NCBI GenBank assembly: GCA_041674225.1
Contig: JBAYWG010000001.1
Coordinates: forward strand, 326,273-390,272
DNA from: Minisyncoccota bacterium
GTDB taxonomy: Bacteria; Patescibacteriota; Minisyncoccia; Phycocordibacterales; JAACPR01
Direction: 5' to 3'
Length of the DNA: 64,000 nucleotides
Positions 48,124 through 57,119 of this stretch are shown piece by piece (the first letter of the stretch is position 1; each line of letters begins with the position of its first letter). The translations under genes and the position numbers were made by a program. The notes under the pieces were generated by a model. It saw only the letters and a program-made list of their open reading frames with translations, was not told the origin of the DNA and made no database searches.

Positions 48124-50214
48124 TTATTTTCCCTCTTTATCTCCTCCTTTGCTATCAGATTTATTATCCGGCTTCTTGTCATCCCCTTCCAATAGTTTTT
48201 TTAGATCCTTCAATTGTTTTTGTTCTGTAGACATTGCTTTCATAATTTCCCCAGCTGCCTTCTTGTCAATTGACTTTGCACTTGGCAACCAAGTGGTTGG
48301 CATAACTAAGTCTATTTTGGTGCGATTTCCTTCTAAATTATCCGCGTGCTTCATTCTTTGTGATTTCATTGCCACAACTTTTTCAAGTGCTTTGTATTCA
48401 TCAGTGTCTCTTACTCTAGTTTCATGTGTGCTTAAATTTTGTGTGGCATTAGATAGGAGTGTGTTAATGCGCTTCATTCGTTCTGAATCTCCTGAAGATT
48501 TTGCAGCTTCATAATCAATATTTAGTTCATTGATTGTCTTTTTAGCCTCCACAACATAATCATCAGAATTTATAGATGCTTCCATGTCTTTCTTAGCTTG
48601 TTTTTGTGCCTCTTTTTGATCATCTGTAAAGCCGTCGCTTAGATTTTTTGAGCGGTCAACTCTTAGTTTTTGAGATCTTTCTTGTTGACCTATGTAACCA
48701 TCTTTTGTTGGAGCAAGTGTTCCTTTAAAGTCTCCTCCAACTCCTGTGGCAGAAGCTACACCTTTAAAGACTTTGGATTCTCTAAGATCAAAGCCAGATT
48801 TAGCAACCCCTTTCATTCCACTTAGTAGTGTCATCCCCGCTCGTGTTGTAGCAAAATTACTTTTTGCAAATTTGTCTGCACCGGCACTAGCTGCCCAACC
48901 AACTGTATTTCTACCAGCAAAACCAATTGTTCCAAGAATTGTCCCACCGACAGCCGATGAAACGCCACCGCTGATTTTGCTAACAGCCGCACTTCCTCCT
49001 GATGATACTTTTTGAGCTACGATTAGTGCGGCAACAAAAAGTCCTATTATAATTCCATAAATCATTGCTACTCCACCAACCACATTAACCACTGATGCAA
49101 AGGTAGAAGTACCTTCTACTGTATTGTTGAGTGCATTCTCTGTTATCTTTGCCACATTTTCTGGCACCTTTTCGGCTATTTTTACCGCAACATATATAAA
49201 CAAAAGAAATGCCGGTAGAAAAAAAGAATGACCCACCAAAGATCTCCACCATTCTTCGGATATTTTTTTTGTGTTTGGCAAAACCATACTTGCAAAAGCA
49301 ATCGGAGATACAATCAAAAGAAGAATAAGAGCAACTAATCTTCCTATTATGATACTTAAAGCTGAAAACAAAACTGCAGCTAAAACTAATGACGTTATAC
49401 CACTCAGTGTGGAAGCCACTGCCACGACTAACATTTTTTGGAAAAAAGTACCTATTGCCCATCCTGTTTCAAATGCTGTTTTAGATCCAGGTAATTTTTT
49501 ATACCAAGGCATTTCAGAGTATGTTTTCTCAAGAAGCTTTTCTTGGTTTTTGTCGAATTGAGAGTTCATTATTGACCCGAACGCCGCCACTTGGGTTTTT
49601 TCATAGAAATAAGAACCAAGCTTTAGACTGTCACCATTGTCTCCAGAAGAATTTTTATCAGTCTCTTCTTTTATTTGGTCATAAATTGTTAAAGCCATTT
49701 CGTTAGAAATATCGATAACCACTGCTCCAAAGAAAAAACTAAAGTTCATTAAAAGTGCTGCCAAGATAGCTTTGCTTAAAAGTTTCTTGGCTTCATATCC
49801 ACTGAACTGAAGTATTGTGCTGATTGCAATAAAAATAAGCACAAAAATAATTCCAATATTGGCAATATTTCTAAAAATTTTCCAAGAGTCTTGGACAATG
49901 TTACTACCTGTGACAAAGTCACTCATACCATACACAGCCAGATCTATTGCTAAATCGAAACCATAAGAGGCAATCCCCAAGACAAGTGCTGCTATGGATG
50001 AAAAAAAGTAAGCAATAACTGCAAGTACAGGAGAGGCTAGCTGCAATCCTTCCGCGGGAAGATCGACAAGAGGTTTCTCTGTGAGGTCTTTTTCTTCTGG
50101 TGTTTCGGACGCCGCCGGTGCATCTTGTGCAAAGACAAAATCAGACGGGTTAAGAAATATTGTGAATAAAAAAAGTAATACAAAAAAACTTTTTTTATTA
50201 AACAAAAAACTCAT
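48124..50214 (-). CDS. VirB6/TrbL-like polytopic membrane protein
   Basis: WKIFRNIANI, ILAALLMNFS, RLVALILLLIVSPIAF...WWRSL, then a Gly/Ala-rich and coiled-coil tail. Confidence 0.75.
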   Translation of the reverse strand: MSFLFNKKSFFVLLFLFTIFLNPSDFVFAQDAPAASETPEEKDLTEKPLVDLPAEGLQLASPVLAVIAYFFSSIAALVLGIASYGFDLAIDLAVYGMSDFVTGSNIVQDSWKIFRNIANIGIIFVLIFIAISTILQFSGYEAKKLLSKAILAALLMNFSFFFGAVVIDISNEMALTIYDQIKEETDKNSSGDNGDSLKLGSYFYEKTQVAAFGSIMNSQFDKNQEKLLEKTYSEMPWYKKLPGSKTAFETGWAIGTFFQKMLVVAVASTLSGITSLVLAAVLFSALSIIIGRLVALILLLIVSPIAFASMVLPNTKKISEEWWRSLVGHSFFLPAFLLFIYVAVKIAEKVPENVAKITENALNNTVEGTSTFASVVNVVGGVAMIYGIIIGLFVAALIVAQKVSSGGSAAVSKISGGVSSAVGGTILGTIGFAGRNTVGWAASAGADKFAKSNFATTRAGMTLLSGMKGVAKSGFDLRESKVFKGVASATGVGGDFKGTLAPTKDGYIGQQERSQKLRVDRSKNLSDGFTDDQKEAQKQAKKDMEASINSDDYVVEAKKTINELNIDYEAAKSSGDSERMKRINTLLSNATQNLSTHETRVRDTDEYKALEKVVAMKSQRMKHADNLEGNRTKIDLVMPTTWLPSAKSIDKKAAGEIMKAMSTEQKQLKDLKKLLEGDDKKPDNKSDSKGGDKEGK

Positions 50215-50267
50215 ATGAAAATTATAACATTAGGATTGAAATTTAAAACAAAACTATTCAGTTTTGT

Positions 50268-51884
50268 TTATGAAATATCCTCACCTAGTTCCTTCGTCAT
50301 TTGATAAACTTTTGAAAAATACTCTGCGATAAGTTTTCCATCTTCCCCTGCTTCGTCTAGTCCTACAAATCTACTTATCGCAAGCATCATGTGTTCTAGT
50401 GCTTGTGGTAAATAATGTGTTGCAGGGATTACAATATCACCTGTTTCTGGATCAGTGATGTTTAAATGTCCTTGTGCTATTTCTGTTTCATAAGCGAGCT
50501 CTCGAGTGTTTGAAGTTATTATTTCATCAACCTCCAATGCTATTTCAAAGTGTTTAAATAGAACACTTCCTCTAGCATCTGATTGAGTTAGAAAGTTTTC
50601 TATTTTATTTAAATCATATTTTTCTTCACTAGATTCTTCGGCTGAACATTGCTGATTTGACTCTCGATTGATTAAGGATTGGCTATTTCTGACTTTAACC
50701 AAAGATTCAGCAATATTCTTTTCTTCTTCCGGTAAACATGACTTTGCTTCTTGAAGTTTTTCAATAGCTTGTTCAAATGCTTTATCTTGAATGTTTATGA
50801 AGTGTTTTTTGTAATTAACTACAAAAGTAGGCTTATCATCATTTCCTGTGTATAGGAAATTTGTTGATTTCTCAATCATGATTTTGATAGAAACATCGAT
50901 ATTGCAGTTAGAAACAGCATCAAGCGAAGGGGTTTTTTCTTTTTCATCTACCCTACCAATTTCTTTTTCTGTAAGTGCTGCAATGTTTTTCTCTATGTTT
51001 TGGATAGGTGTAACTATTGGTTTAGGATCGGTTGGTACTAATTGTTCTTTGGGTTCTTCTGGCTTCTTTTGTTGAAGCTCCTCACGCATTTTTTCTGTCT
51101 TTTTATCTTGTTCTTCACACTTTTGTTCATCCTTTTGTTTTTGAGTTGCATCTTCATCACCCTCTGTTACATCCTCTGTGGTAAATGTTCCAGGGTCGTC
51201 TTCTTCTTCTCCGTCGGGGTTAGAGTCAGGGTTATTTGGATCGTTTGGATTATTTCCACCTCCACCACCTCCAGGATTGTTTGGATCAGTAGGATTATTT
51301 GGATTATTTGGATTGTTTCCAGTGTTACCACCAGTGTTTCCTCCGGTATTACCACCGGTATTTCCTCCTGTGTTACCACCAGTGTTACCACCAGTGTTTC
51401 CTCCGGTATTACCACCGGTATTTCCTCCTGTGTTACCACCAGTATTACCACCGGTATTTCCTCCTGTGTTACCACCAGTATTACCACCACCTCCAGGAAT
51501 ATTTGGAATTTCCAGAACAGTTACAGTACAATCGTCTGAAAGAGTTATTCCCCCTGTTGTGATTGTTACTGTAGCCGTTTTTATACCAATGTTTGAATAC
51601 CTTGCTGTTGTTGTCGCTCTGTTCACGTCTTGTATAGAATTACCTTCCCATTCATAAGAAATTGTAGAACTTGCATTTGAAACAATTGCTCTCCAAGTTA
51701 CAGTTGAATTCTTCAAAACAATATTTTGGTGAGGTTCACATTTAACACTTAATGGCGCTGGAGCTGTTTGTGCTTGTGTTTGTCGAGAAAAAGCCTGAAA
51801 CGAGAAAAAGGCAATAATCAAAACACCTAAAACACCGCTTAAAATTATTTTCAGAACTTTTTTTAAATTAAATTGATTTGTCAT
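50268..51884 (-). CDS. Surface protein with PKD-like domain, GGNT repeat linker and helical C-terminal domain
   Basis: TM/signal sequence, VTWRA...SYEWEG...YSNIGIKTATVTIT, (GGNT)14. Confidence 0.7.
   Translation of the reverse strand: MTNQFNLKKVLKIILSGVLGVLIIAFFSFQAFSRQTQAQTAPAPLSVKCEPHQNIVLKNSTVTWRAIVSNASSTISYEWEGNSIQDVNRATTTARYSNIGIKTATVTITTGGITLSDDCTVTVLEIPNIPGGGGNTGGNTGGNTGGNTGGNTGGNTGGNTGGNTGGNTGGNTGGNTGGNTGGNTGGNTGNNPNNPNNPTDPNNPGGGGGGNNPNDPNNPDSNPDGEEEDDPGTFTTEDVTEGDEDATQKQKDEQKCEEQDKKTEKMREELQQKKPEEPKEQLVPTDPKPIVTPIQNIEKNIAALTEKEIGRVDEKEKTPSLDAVSNCNIDVSIKIMIEKSTNFLYTGNDDKPTFVVNYKKHFINIQDKAFEQAIEKLQEAKSCLPEEEKNIAESLVKVRNSQSLINRESNQQCSAEESSEEKYDLNKIENFLTQSDARGSVLFKHFEIALEVDEIITSNTRELAYETEIAQGHLNITDPETGDIVIPATHYLPQALEHMMLAISRFVGLDEAGEDGKLIAEYFSKVYQMTKELGEDIS
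51321..51488. repeat. 14 x 12-bp tandem repeat (GGNT) with higher-order 60-bp duplication
   Basis: Units of the form (a/g/t)gt(g/a)tt(a/t)cc(a/t)cc; 51321-51380 is identical to 51381-51440. Confidence 0.95.
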
Positions 51885-51887
51885 GTT

Positions 51888-52694
51888 TTAAAAATTTCCC
51901 CAGAGAATTCCTGATTCATCTTCTGAAAAAATTATATCATTTAATTTAAAGTAGTATGAAATATTTGATAAAATTTCCGGTTGAATTTCTCTGATTTGAT
52001 TATATTGATTTAAAAACAAAGAAAGCAAGATGGGATCCTCATCTGTTTGTGCAATTTTAACTAACAAGATATTAATCTTATATAAATTGTTTATATACTT
52101 TAAATGGTCATCAGAAATACTTCTTGGGATGCTAATTTTTGACAATTCCTCGGCCTCTTCCCCAAAAACATTAGAGTATTTAATAATAAATTCCATATCA
52201 TCTTCAGCATCTACAGTTCTTAGTTTGTTTGTGTATTTTGTAATTATTTTTGCAAACTGGTTTCCGTATTGTTTAGCGTCATCTTTTCTATAATCAGGAA
52301 AAGTTGAAAGTTGATAAATAGAGTATTTGTTTGGGATTGTAGTAGCGGCAACAGTTTCTTCAGCTAGTTTTGTTGTTAGTTTATCTAAGTTTTCTGGCGT
52401 ATTTAGTGACCGGTTTTTTAAATCTTCATAATTTCCAAGAAGTCCTAGTAGCACAGATTCTGAAAAAGTTTCTGGCGGCGTGTAGTCAATTTTATCTGGA
52501 TTTTTCTCTGCTTCCTCTAATAGAAATTGTTCCAAAGTTTTTACAGGTGAATTATCCATAACCTCAGTACCGTCTACCTCACCGAATACTTTTTGCAGAG
52601 ATCTTTTTGCCATTACATCTTTTCCAATCAAAGCAATCATCAAGGATACTGTGATGATTATTACTCCTATTACTTTTCTACTTGGCTTTTGCAT
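51888..52694 (-). CDS. Membrane-anchored helical hypothetical protein
   Basis: N-terminal TM helix; first gene of the co-oriented cluster. Confidence 0.6.
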   Translation of the reverse strand: MQKPSRKVIGVIIITVSLMIALIGKDVMAKRSLQKVFGEVDGTEVMDNSPVKTLEQFLLEEAEKNPDKIDYTPPETFSESVLLGLLGNYEDLKNRSLNTPENLDKLTTKLAEETVAATTIPNKYSIYQLSTFPDYRKDDAKQYGNQFAKIITKYTNKLRTVDAEDDMEFIIKYSNVFGEEAEELSKISIPRSISDDHLKYINNLYKINILLVKIAQTDEDPILLSLFLNQYNQIREIQPEILSNISYYFKLNDIIFSEDESGILWGNF

Positions 52695-52740
52695 TGATGA
52701 AATTATAACAGATTGCGTGATATAATTTTTTTATAAAGGT

Positions 52741-53193
52741 ATGAATTTGTTTAAAAATAATATAAATAAAATATTATTAATCACTGTGGCGCTTGGTTTT
52801 TTATTCTTGCAAGAGTCGCTGAGATTCACAAATGTTGAAGATGCCGTGTCTAATGGTTTAAACACAGCGGCACTCAGTCAGACGTCTTGGATGAATCAGA
52901 AGCGTCACCAAGGTGAGCCTTTTGGCGGTTATATACTCACTAGAATAGAATGTGATTGTGAAGGAAATTACATTGTTTTAATTAATGATTATGTTAGCCG
53001 GTCTAATCTTTGGCTTAAAGTTGAAAAGGGTAAATCAACTATTTATGAATACGGGAAGGAACTTACTCCTAATAAATATACCCTAGGTACTTATGATAAA
53101 GGTGCTACATGCAAGATGCAGGTTCGGGATTGTAAGCCTGCTAAAGTTGATGGAGTAATAAACAGCGGTCCGGGTGCTGGAGTTTCTAAATAA
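52741..53193 (+). CDS. Exported Cys-containing hypothetical protein
   Basis: N-terminal TM/signal; PFGGYIL...CDC...TLGTY...C...C; divergent from the cluster. Confidence 0.6.
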   Translation: MNLFKNNINKILLITVALGFLFLQESLRFTNVEDAVSNGLNTAALSQTSWMNQKRHQGEPFGGYILTRIECDCEGNYIVLINDYVSRSNLWLKVEKGKSTIYEYGKELTPNKYTLGTYDKGATCKMQVRDCKPAKVDGVINSGPGAGVSK

Positions 53194-53194
53194 T

Positions 53195-53992
53195 TTAATT
53201 TCTCGCTAAACAAACCCAATCCTCTACTTTTAATTCCTCCGAACGAGTTTTTGGATCGATTCCACATTCTTCGAATTTACTTTTCTCCACCACTCCCTCT
53301 AAGTTTCCACCGAGTTGTTTTCTTTTGTGGGCGAATCCGGCTTTCATCACTTCGAAAAATCGTTTTTCATTTGGTCCGTTTTTTGCGTTTTTAAAAATTT
53401 TATTTGAAATATCTGCAATGTGAATAATTGCTGAATCAACTTTTGGAGCAGGTACAAAAGCCCCTTTTGGAACGGTTGCGATATATTTTGGCTTTCCAAA
53501 AACTTTGATTGAAATAGAAAGGATACTTTCTTTTTTGTCTTTAGAAATAATTCTTTCGGCAACTTCTTTTTGTACTAAAAATGTAATTGATTGTGGAGGA
53601 TTTTCTAGTGTTAGAAATTTTTCAATTAAAGCTCCGGTGATGTAGTACGGAATGTTGGCAACAATTTTGTAATCTTTTTTAAAATTTTTATTTTCACTAG
53701 GATTAAATTCCAGTGCATCTCTTCTAATAATTTCCAGTTGGCCGCTTTCACAAAAATCCTGCAAAACAATTTCTAATTCTCCAGCCAAAACTTCATCTTT
53801 TTCAATCGCAATCACGCGTGCACCTGTCTCTAAAAGTTTTTTAGTTAAAGCTCCTCTTCCTGGTCCGATTTCTAAAACTGTTTCCCCTTCCCTTAATTCA
53901 GAAGCAGTTATCATTTGGTTCAGAGCTTTTTCTGATTTTAAAAAGTTTTGCCCTAAAGATTTTTTTGCTCGCTGACTAAAATTTTCTGACAT
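53195..53992 (-). CDS. rsmA: 16S rRNA m6,2A dimethyltransferase RsmA/KsgA
   Basis: KKSLGQNFL, VLEIGPGRGALT, VANIPYYIT, QKEVAERI, FVPAPKVDS. Confidence 0.97.
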   Translation of the reverse strand: MSENFSQRAKKSLGQNFLKSEKALNQMITASELREGETVLEIGPGRGALTKKLLETGARVIAIEKDEVLAGELEIVLQDFCESGQLEIIRRDALEFNPSENKNFKKDYKIVANIPYYITGALIEKFLTLENPPQSITFLVQKEVAERIISKDKKESILSISIKVFGKPKYIATVPKGAFVPAPKVDSAIIHIADISNKIFKNAKNGPNEKRFFEVMKAGFAHKRKQLGGNLEGVVEKSKFEECGIDPKTRSEELKVEDWVCLARN

Positions 53993-54003
53993 TTTATTTT
54001 AAA

Positions 54004-55941
54004 TTACCAATTGATAAAAACACTTCGTGCTTGGCTGATTACATCATTGCCATCATCCCCTTCAGAGCTCTCGATTAAATCTTGTGGAATATCTTCCAAA
54101 AATTCTGACGGAATATTTACTTGTTGTGATCCATAGATTGTTCTGATTCCAGCATAAGAAAGAAATATTTTTTTTCTAGCTCGTGTTAGCGCAACATAAA
54201 ATAATCTTCTCTCTTCTTCCTCATCATCTTTCTTTGCATCTTGTCTTTCGCTTGGGAAAAGTCCTTGTTCTAATCCTGTTATAAAAACATAATCAAATTC
54301 CAATCCTTTCGATGAGTGAATTGTCATAAGTTTAACGCCGTTTTTCTTTTGAATATCAGCTTCTGTTTCAATTTCGTCTTGATCTGTCGCAAGTGCCGCT
54401 TCTTCTAAAAGCTTTGCAATTCCCTCGCTTGGATCACCTTGATCATATTTTTGTGCCAAGGTTGCAAGCTCTTTGATGTTTTGAATTCTTTCCAAACCTT
54501 CTTCTCCTCCCTTTTTCAAATCATCTTCCATTCCAGTTGATTTGATAATCATTTTAATAGTTTCACTCGGTGGATTTGTTTCTGCTGTTTTTTTAATTCT
54601 CACTAACAAACTTCTGAAGTCTGCAATTTTTTCTGCAACCTTCCCTGTCAGCAATCCTTCATTTCCTTCCAAAATTTTCAAAAGAGTTACCTTCCCAATT
54701 CCTCGCGCAGGCACATTTATAATTCTTCCCAAACTTGTTAAATCATCTGGATTAAAAGCCGCTCTCAAAAAACTTAAAATATCTTTCACTTCTTTTCTGT
54801 CGAAGAATTTTGTTCCAAGAACTTGATATGGCAAAGCCAATCTCAATAAATATTCTTCTAAAATTCGTGATTGAAAGTTTGCTCTATATAAAATCGCAAT
54901 TTCATTTGGATTCGCACCTCCATTTATTAATTCTTGAATTTCTTCTGCAACAAATCTCGCTTCGTCTAATCCATCGAACGCGTTATATAAAATCATTTTT
55001 TCTCCATCGCCATTTTCTGTAAAAAGATTTTTCTCTCGACGGTTTGTGTTTTTTTCAATCACAGCATTCGCAGCCTTTAAAATATTTCCTGTTGATCTGT
55101 AGTTTTGTTCAAGCACAATCATTTCTGCACCAGCAAAATCTTTTTCAAAATTTAAAATATTTTTTATTGTTGCACCTCTCCAGCTGTAAATGTTTTGATC
55201 AATATCCCCCACTACGCAAACATTATTTTTGTCTCCGATAATACATCTAGCCATTTCGTACTGTACGCCGTTTGTATCCTGGTACTCATCAATGTGTACA
55301 TGTTGCCAAAGGTCTTGATATTTTTTTCTAATTTCCGGATTTCTTTTTAGAAGTAAAGTTGATTCCAAAAGTAAATCATCAAAGTCATATGCTTTCTCTC
55401 GTTTTAAATTTTCTTGATACTTCACCCACACTTTTGCGGCAATTTCAGAGACAAAAGAATGATTTGACTGAGATTCAAATTCTGTGTGAGTCACCATGTT
55501 TCCTTTTTCACGAGAAATTATCGAGATGATTGTTTTTGGCTCTACACCATTTTCCCCTTCTCCGATCTCTTTCAATATTTTTTTGATTAAAGAAATAGAA
55601 TCGCTTCTGTCGTAAATATTAAAATGTTTTGGAATTCCTAAAAGATGAGAATTGTCACGCAAAATTTTTACACCCAATGAGTGAAAGGTAGAAACAAATG
55701 GTCTTCCCAAATCTTCCGCTAAAAGTTTTCCTAGTCGCTCCTTCATTTCTTTCGCAGCTTTGTTTGTGAATGTAATAGCCAGAATGTTTTCGGGTAAAAC
55801 TCCTTCTTTGACAAGGTTTAAAATTCGATGTGTTAGGGTTTTGGTTTTTCCTGCTCCTGCACCAGCCAAAATCAAAAGAGGCCCTCTGTTGTGGATAACT
55901 GCCCGTTTTTGCGCTTCATTTAAGCCCTCTAAATGTTTCAT
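54004..55941 (-). CDS. pcrA: UvrD/PcrA ATP-dependent DNA helicase
   Basis: AGAGAGKT, TFTNKAA, DEYQDTN, GDIDQNIYSWRGA, LEQNYRST, TIHSSKGLEF, YVALTRA. Confidence 0.96.
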   Translation of the reverse strand: MKHLEGLNEAQKRAVIHNRGPLLILAGAGAGKTKTLTHRILNLVKEGVLPENILAITFTNKAAKEMKERLGKLLAEDLGRPFVSTFHSLGVKILRDNSHLLGIPKHFNIYDRSDSISLIKKILKEIGEGENGVEPKTIISIISREKGNMVTHTEFESQSNHSFVSEIAAKVWVKYQENLKREKAYDFDDLLLESTLLLKRNPEIRKKYQDLWQHVHIDEYQDTNGVQYEMARCIIGDKNNVCVVGDIDQNIYSWRGATIKNILNFEKDFAGAEMIVLEQNYRSTGNILKAANAVIEKNTNRREKNLFTENGDGEKMILYNAFDGLDEARFVAEEIQELINGGANPNEIAILYRANFQSRILEEYLLRLALPYQVLGTKFFDRKEVKDILSFLRAAFNPDDLTSLGRIINVPARGIGKVTLLKILEGNEGLLTGKVAEKIADFRSLLVRIKKTAETNPPSETIKMIIKSTGMEDDLKKGGEEGLERIQNIKELATLAQKYDQGDPSEGIAKLLEEAALATDQDEIETEADIQKKNGVKLMTIHSSKGLEFDYVFITGLEQGLFPSERQDAKKDDEEEERRLFYVALTRARKKIFLSYAGIRTIYGSQQVNIPSEFLEDIPQDLIESSEGDDGNDVISQARSVFINW

Positions 55942-55964
55942 AGTCAGACTATATTAACACACCG

Positions 55965-55992
55965 TTGACACCTTTCCCTAGACTGCTACCAT
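55965..55992 (+). promoter_or_regulatory. Sigma70-like promoter for the LysM/M23 gene
   Basis: TTGACA-16 nt-TACCAT with a TG extension. Confidence 0.5.
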
Positions 55993-56112
55993 TAAATAAT
56001 CCTCTGTAGATGGGGTCTGAAAAGGCTTATTACTTATCTGGAAAAAGACTCTGACCCTTCGTCCACGAAGCCGTATCGAGTTAACATAAATCAAATTAGT
56101 TCACGAATTACC

Positions 56113-57117
56113 GTGAAAAAGTCTTTTGTCATGGCTGCGCTTTTAGTTCTCCCAATCCTTGCTAATGCTGGAGTTTTTTCTTTCTTGGGTAGCTCTGATA
56201 ATAAAAATCTGAATGAGCCAAATGTTTCTTTAAATTCTCAAACTATCCCGGTGCTTCAGGCTGCTACAAACAATGACCCTAACCCAGCCAAAGGAGGTGG
56301 AGATATTATGGTGGTGGATGATAAAGCCATTATGGCAGTTTCGACTATTACCGGTGACCCTGTAGAAATCTATCGACCAAAATCTGATCAGATTAGTGTG
56401 TATGTGGTGCGTGAAGGTGACACTCTTTCTCAAATTGCCAACATGTTCCATGTGACTTCAAATACTATTCGTTGGGCCAATGATTTAGAGGGAGAAATCC
56501 AACCAGGACAACAATTGGTGATTTTGCCGGTGACAGGAGTGAAACATAAGGTGAAGAGTGGTGGAACAGTTGCTGATTTGGCTGAACTATACAAAGCCGA
56601 CGCAAGAGAAATTGCTTTGTTTAACGGTATTTCTGTAAATACAAAACTTGAAGCTGGTATGGAAATTCTTGTACCTAACGGAGAACTTCATGTAGAAGAA
56701 AAGAAAAAGACAAAAACTATTGCAAAAAGCAGTTCAGGAAAATCAACAGCCTCGTCATCTGCTTCAAAAGGTTCAAGTGTATTCAAAAACCCAGTTCCTG
56801 GTGCTGTAAAGACACAAGGAATTCACGGATACAACGGTGTAGACTTCGGTGCTCCAATCGGTACATCTATTTATGCAGCTGCAGCAGGACAAGTTATTAT
56901 TAGTAAGAGTAGTGGATGGAATGGTGGATACGGAAATTATGTTGTTATCAAACACGACAATGGCTCACAAACTCTTTATGCTCACGCAAGTACTGTAAAT
57001 GTTTCTTCAGGTGAATGGGTTTCTCAAGGTGATTTAATCGCTACTGTTGGAAATACAGGAAAATCAACAGGACCACACCTTCACTTTGAAGTTCGAGGAG
57101 CGACAAACCCTTTCTAG
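56113..57117 (+). CDS. LysM-domain M23 metallopeptidase
   Basis: Signal peptide, two LysM domains (YVVREGDTLSQIA, HKVKSGGTV), M23 motifs YNGVDF, YAH, GKSTGPHLHFEV. Confidence 0.94.
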   Translation: MKKSFVMAALLVLPILANAGVFSFLGSSDNKNLNEPNVSLNSQTIPVLQAATNNDPNPAKGGGDIMVVDDKAIMAVSTITGDPVEIYRPKSDQISVYVVREGDTLSQIANMFHVTSNTIRWANDLEGEIQPGQQLVILPVTGVKHKVKSGGTVADLAELYKADAREIALFNGISVNTKLEAGMEILVPNGELHVEEKKKTKTIAKSSSGKSTASSSASKGSSVFKNPVPGAVKTQGIHGYNGVDFGAPIGTSIYAAAAGQVIISKSSGWNGGYGNYVVIKHDNGSQTLYAHASTVNVSSGEWVSQGDLIATVGNTGKSTGPHLHFEVRGATNPF

Positions 57118-57119
57118 TC

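Noticed and set aside
51321-51488. Possible CRISPR array
   Set aside because: Contiguous 12-bp in-frame coding repeats with no unique spacers and no cas genes.
51042-51657. Several overlapping ORFs in other frames across the GGNT repeat
   Set aside because: They are shadows of a low-complexity repeat that lacks stop codons.
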